Assembly: GCA_945869735.1 (NCBI GenBank)
Contig: CAMBPQ010000011.1
Location: forward strand, 1,023 to 65,022
Length of the DNA: 64,000 nucleotides
Source of the DNA: Planctomicrobium piriforme
Lineage (GTDB): Bacteria; Planctomycetota; Planctomycetia; Pirellulales; UBA1268
Direction: 5' to 3'
The notes under the pieces were generated by a model, which was not told the origin of the DNA, did no database searches, and worked only from the letters and a program-made list of their open reading frames with translations. The position numbers were made by a program, and so were the translations under genes. This document shows, one piece after another, positions 63,986-64,000 of the stretch; positions within the stretch are counted from its first letter, which is position 1; every line of letters begins with the position of its first letter.

Positions 63986-64000
63986 GAGTTCGGCGAGCGA

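Overview
GC-rich bacterial chromosomal segment (roughly two-thirds G+C by eye, not computed). The LEPR-type N-termini, HEAT/TPR proteins and dispersed short repeat families suggest a Planctomycetota (Pirellulales-like) origin; this is inference only. I call about 50 protein genes and 2 tRNAs: Arg-CCG on the minus strand and His-GTG with an encoded G-1. There is no rRNA and no CRISPR array. Most of the window is housekeeping: recB (partial) and recC, a divergent sbcD/sbcC-like pair, aroE, hpf-ptsN-ptsH-ptsI, RNase E/G, glpD, rplU, a UbiD-family decarboxylase, OsmC, rarA, dtd, an ABC transporter, tex, infA, prfB with the canonical CUU UGA C +1 frameshift, dprA and lysA. Six things stand out. (1) A PspA/IM30 gene is followed directly by a classic-clade AAA+ ATPase and a small helical protein, an ESCRT-III/Vps4-like arrangement, at the head of a 7.5 kb co-directional envelope-type cluster. 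(2) An archaeal/eukaryotic-type Top6A/Spo11 gene has no Top6B partner in the window and is bracketed by structured repeats. (3) A tRNA-Arg-proximal accessory stretch (about 9.8-15.4 kb) holds an ARPP-1-like gene, a 23-residue-periodic LRR-like protein, a Zn-less Sir2 deacylase, a frameshifted CAP-domain gene, decayed ORF fragments, IS630-like remnants and a truncated addiction-module antitoxin. (4) A roughly 160 bp TIR-bearing MITE-like repeat family has at least 6 copies, one apparently inserted in-frame in the ARPP-1 gene and one supplying the lysA stop codon. (5) There is a second short repeat family and a 675 bp repeat-dense intergenic region. (6) A statistically unlikely AT-rich 14-mer is shared by two upstream regions. 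All homology calls come from reading motifs in the translations; no database search was run. The many long antisense ORFs in the track are treated as GC-driven shadow ORFs.
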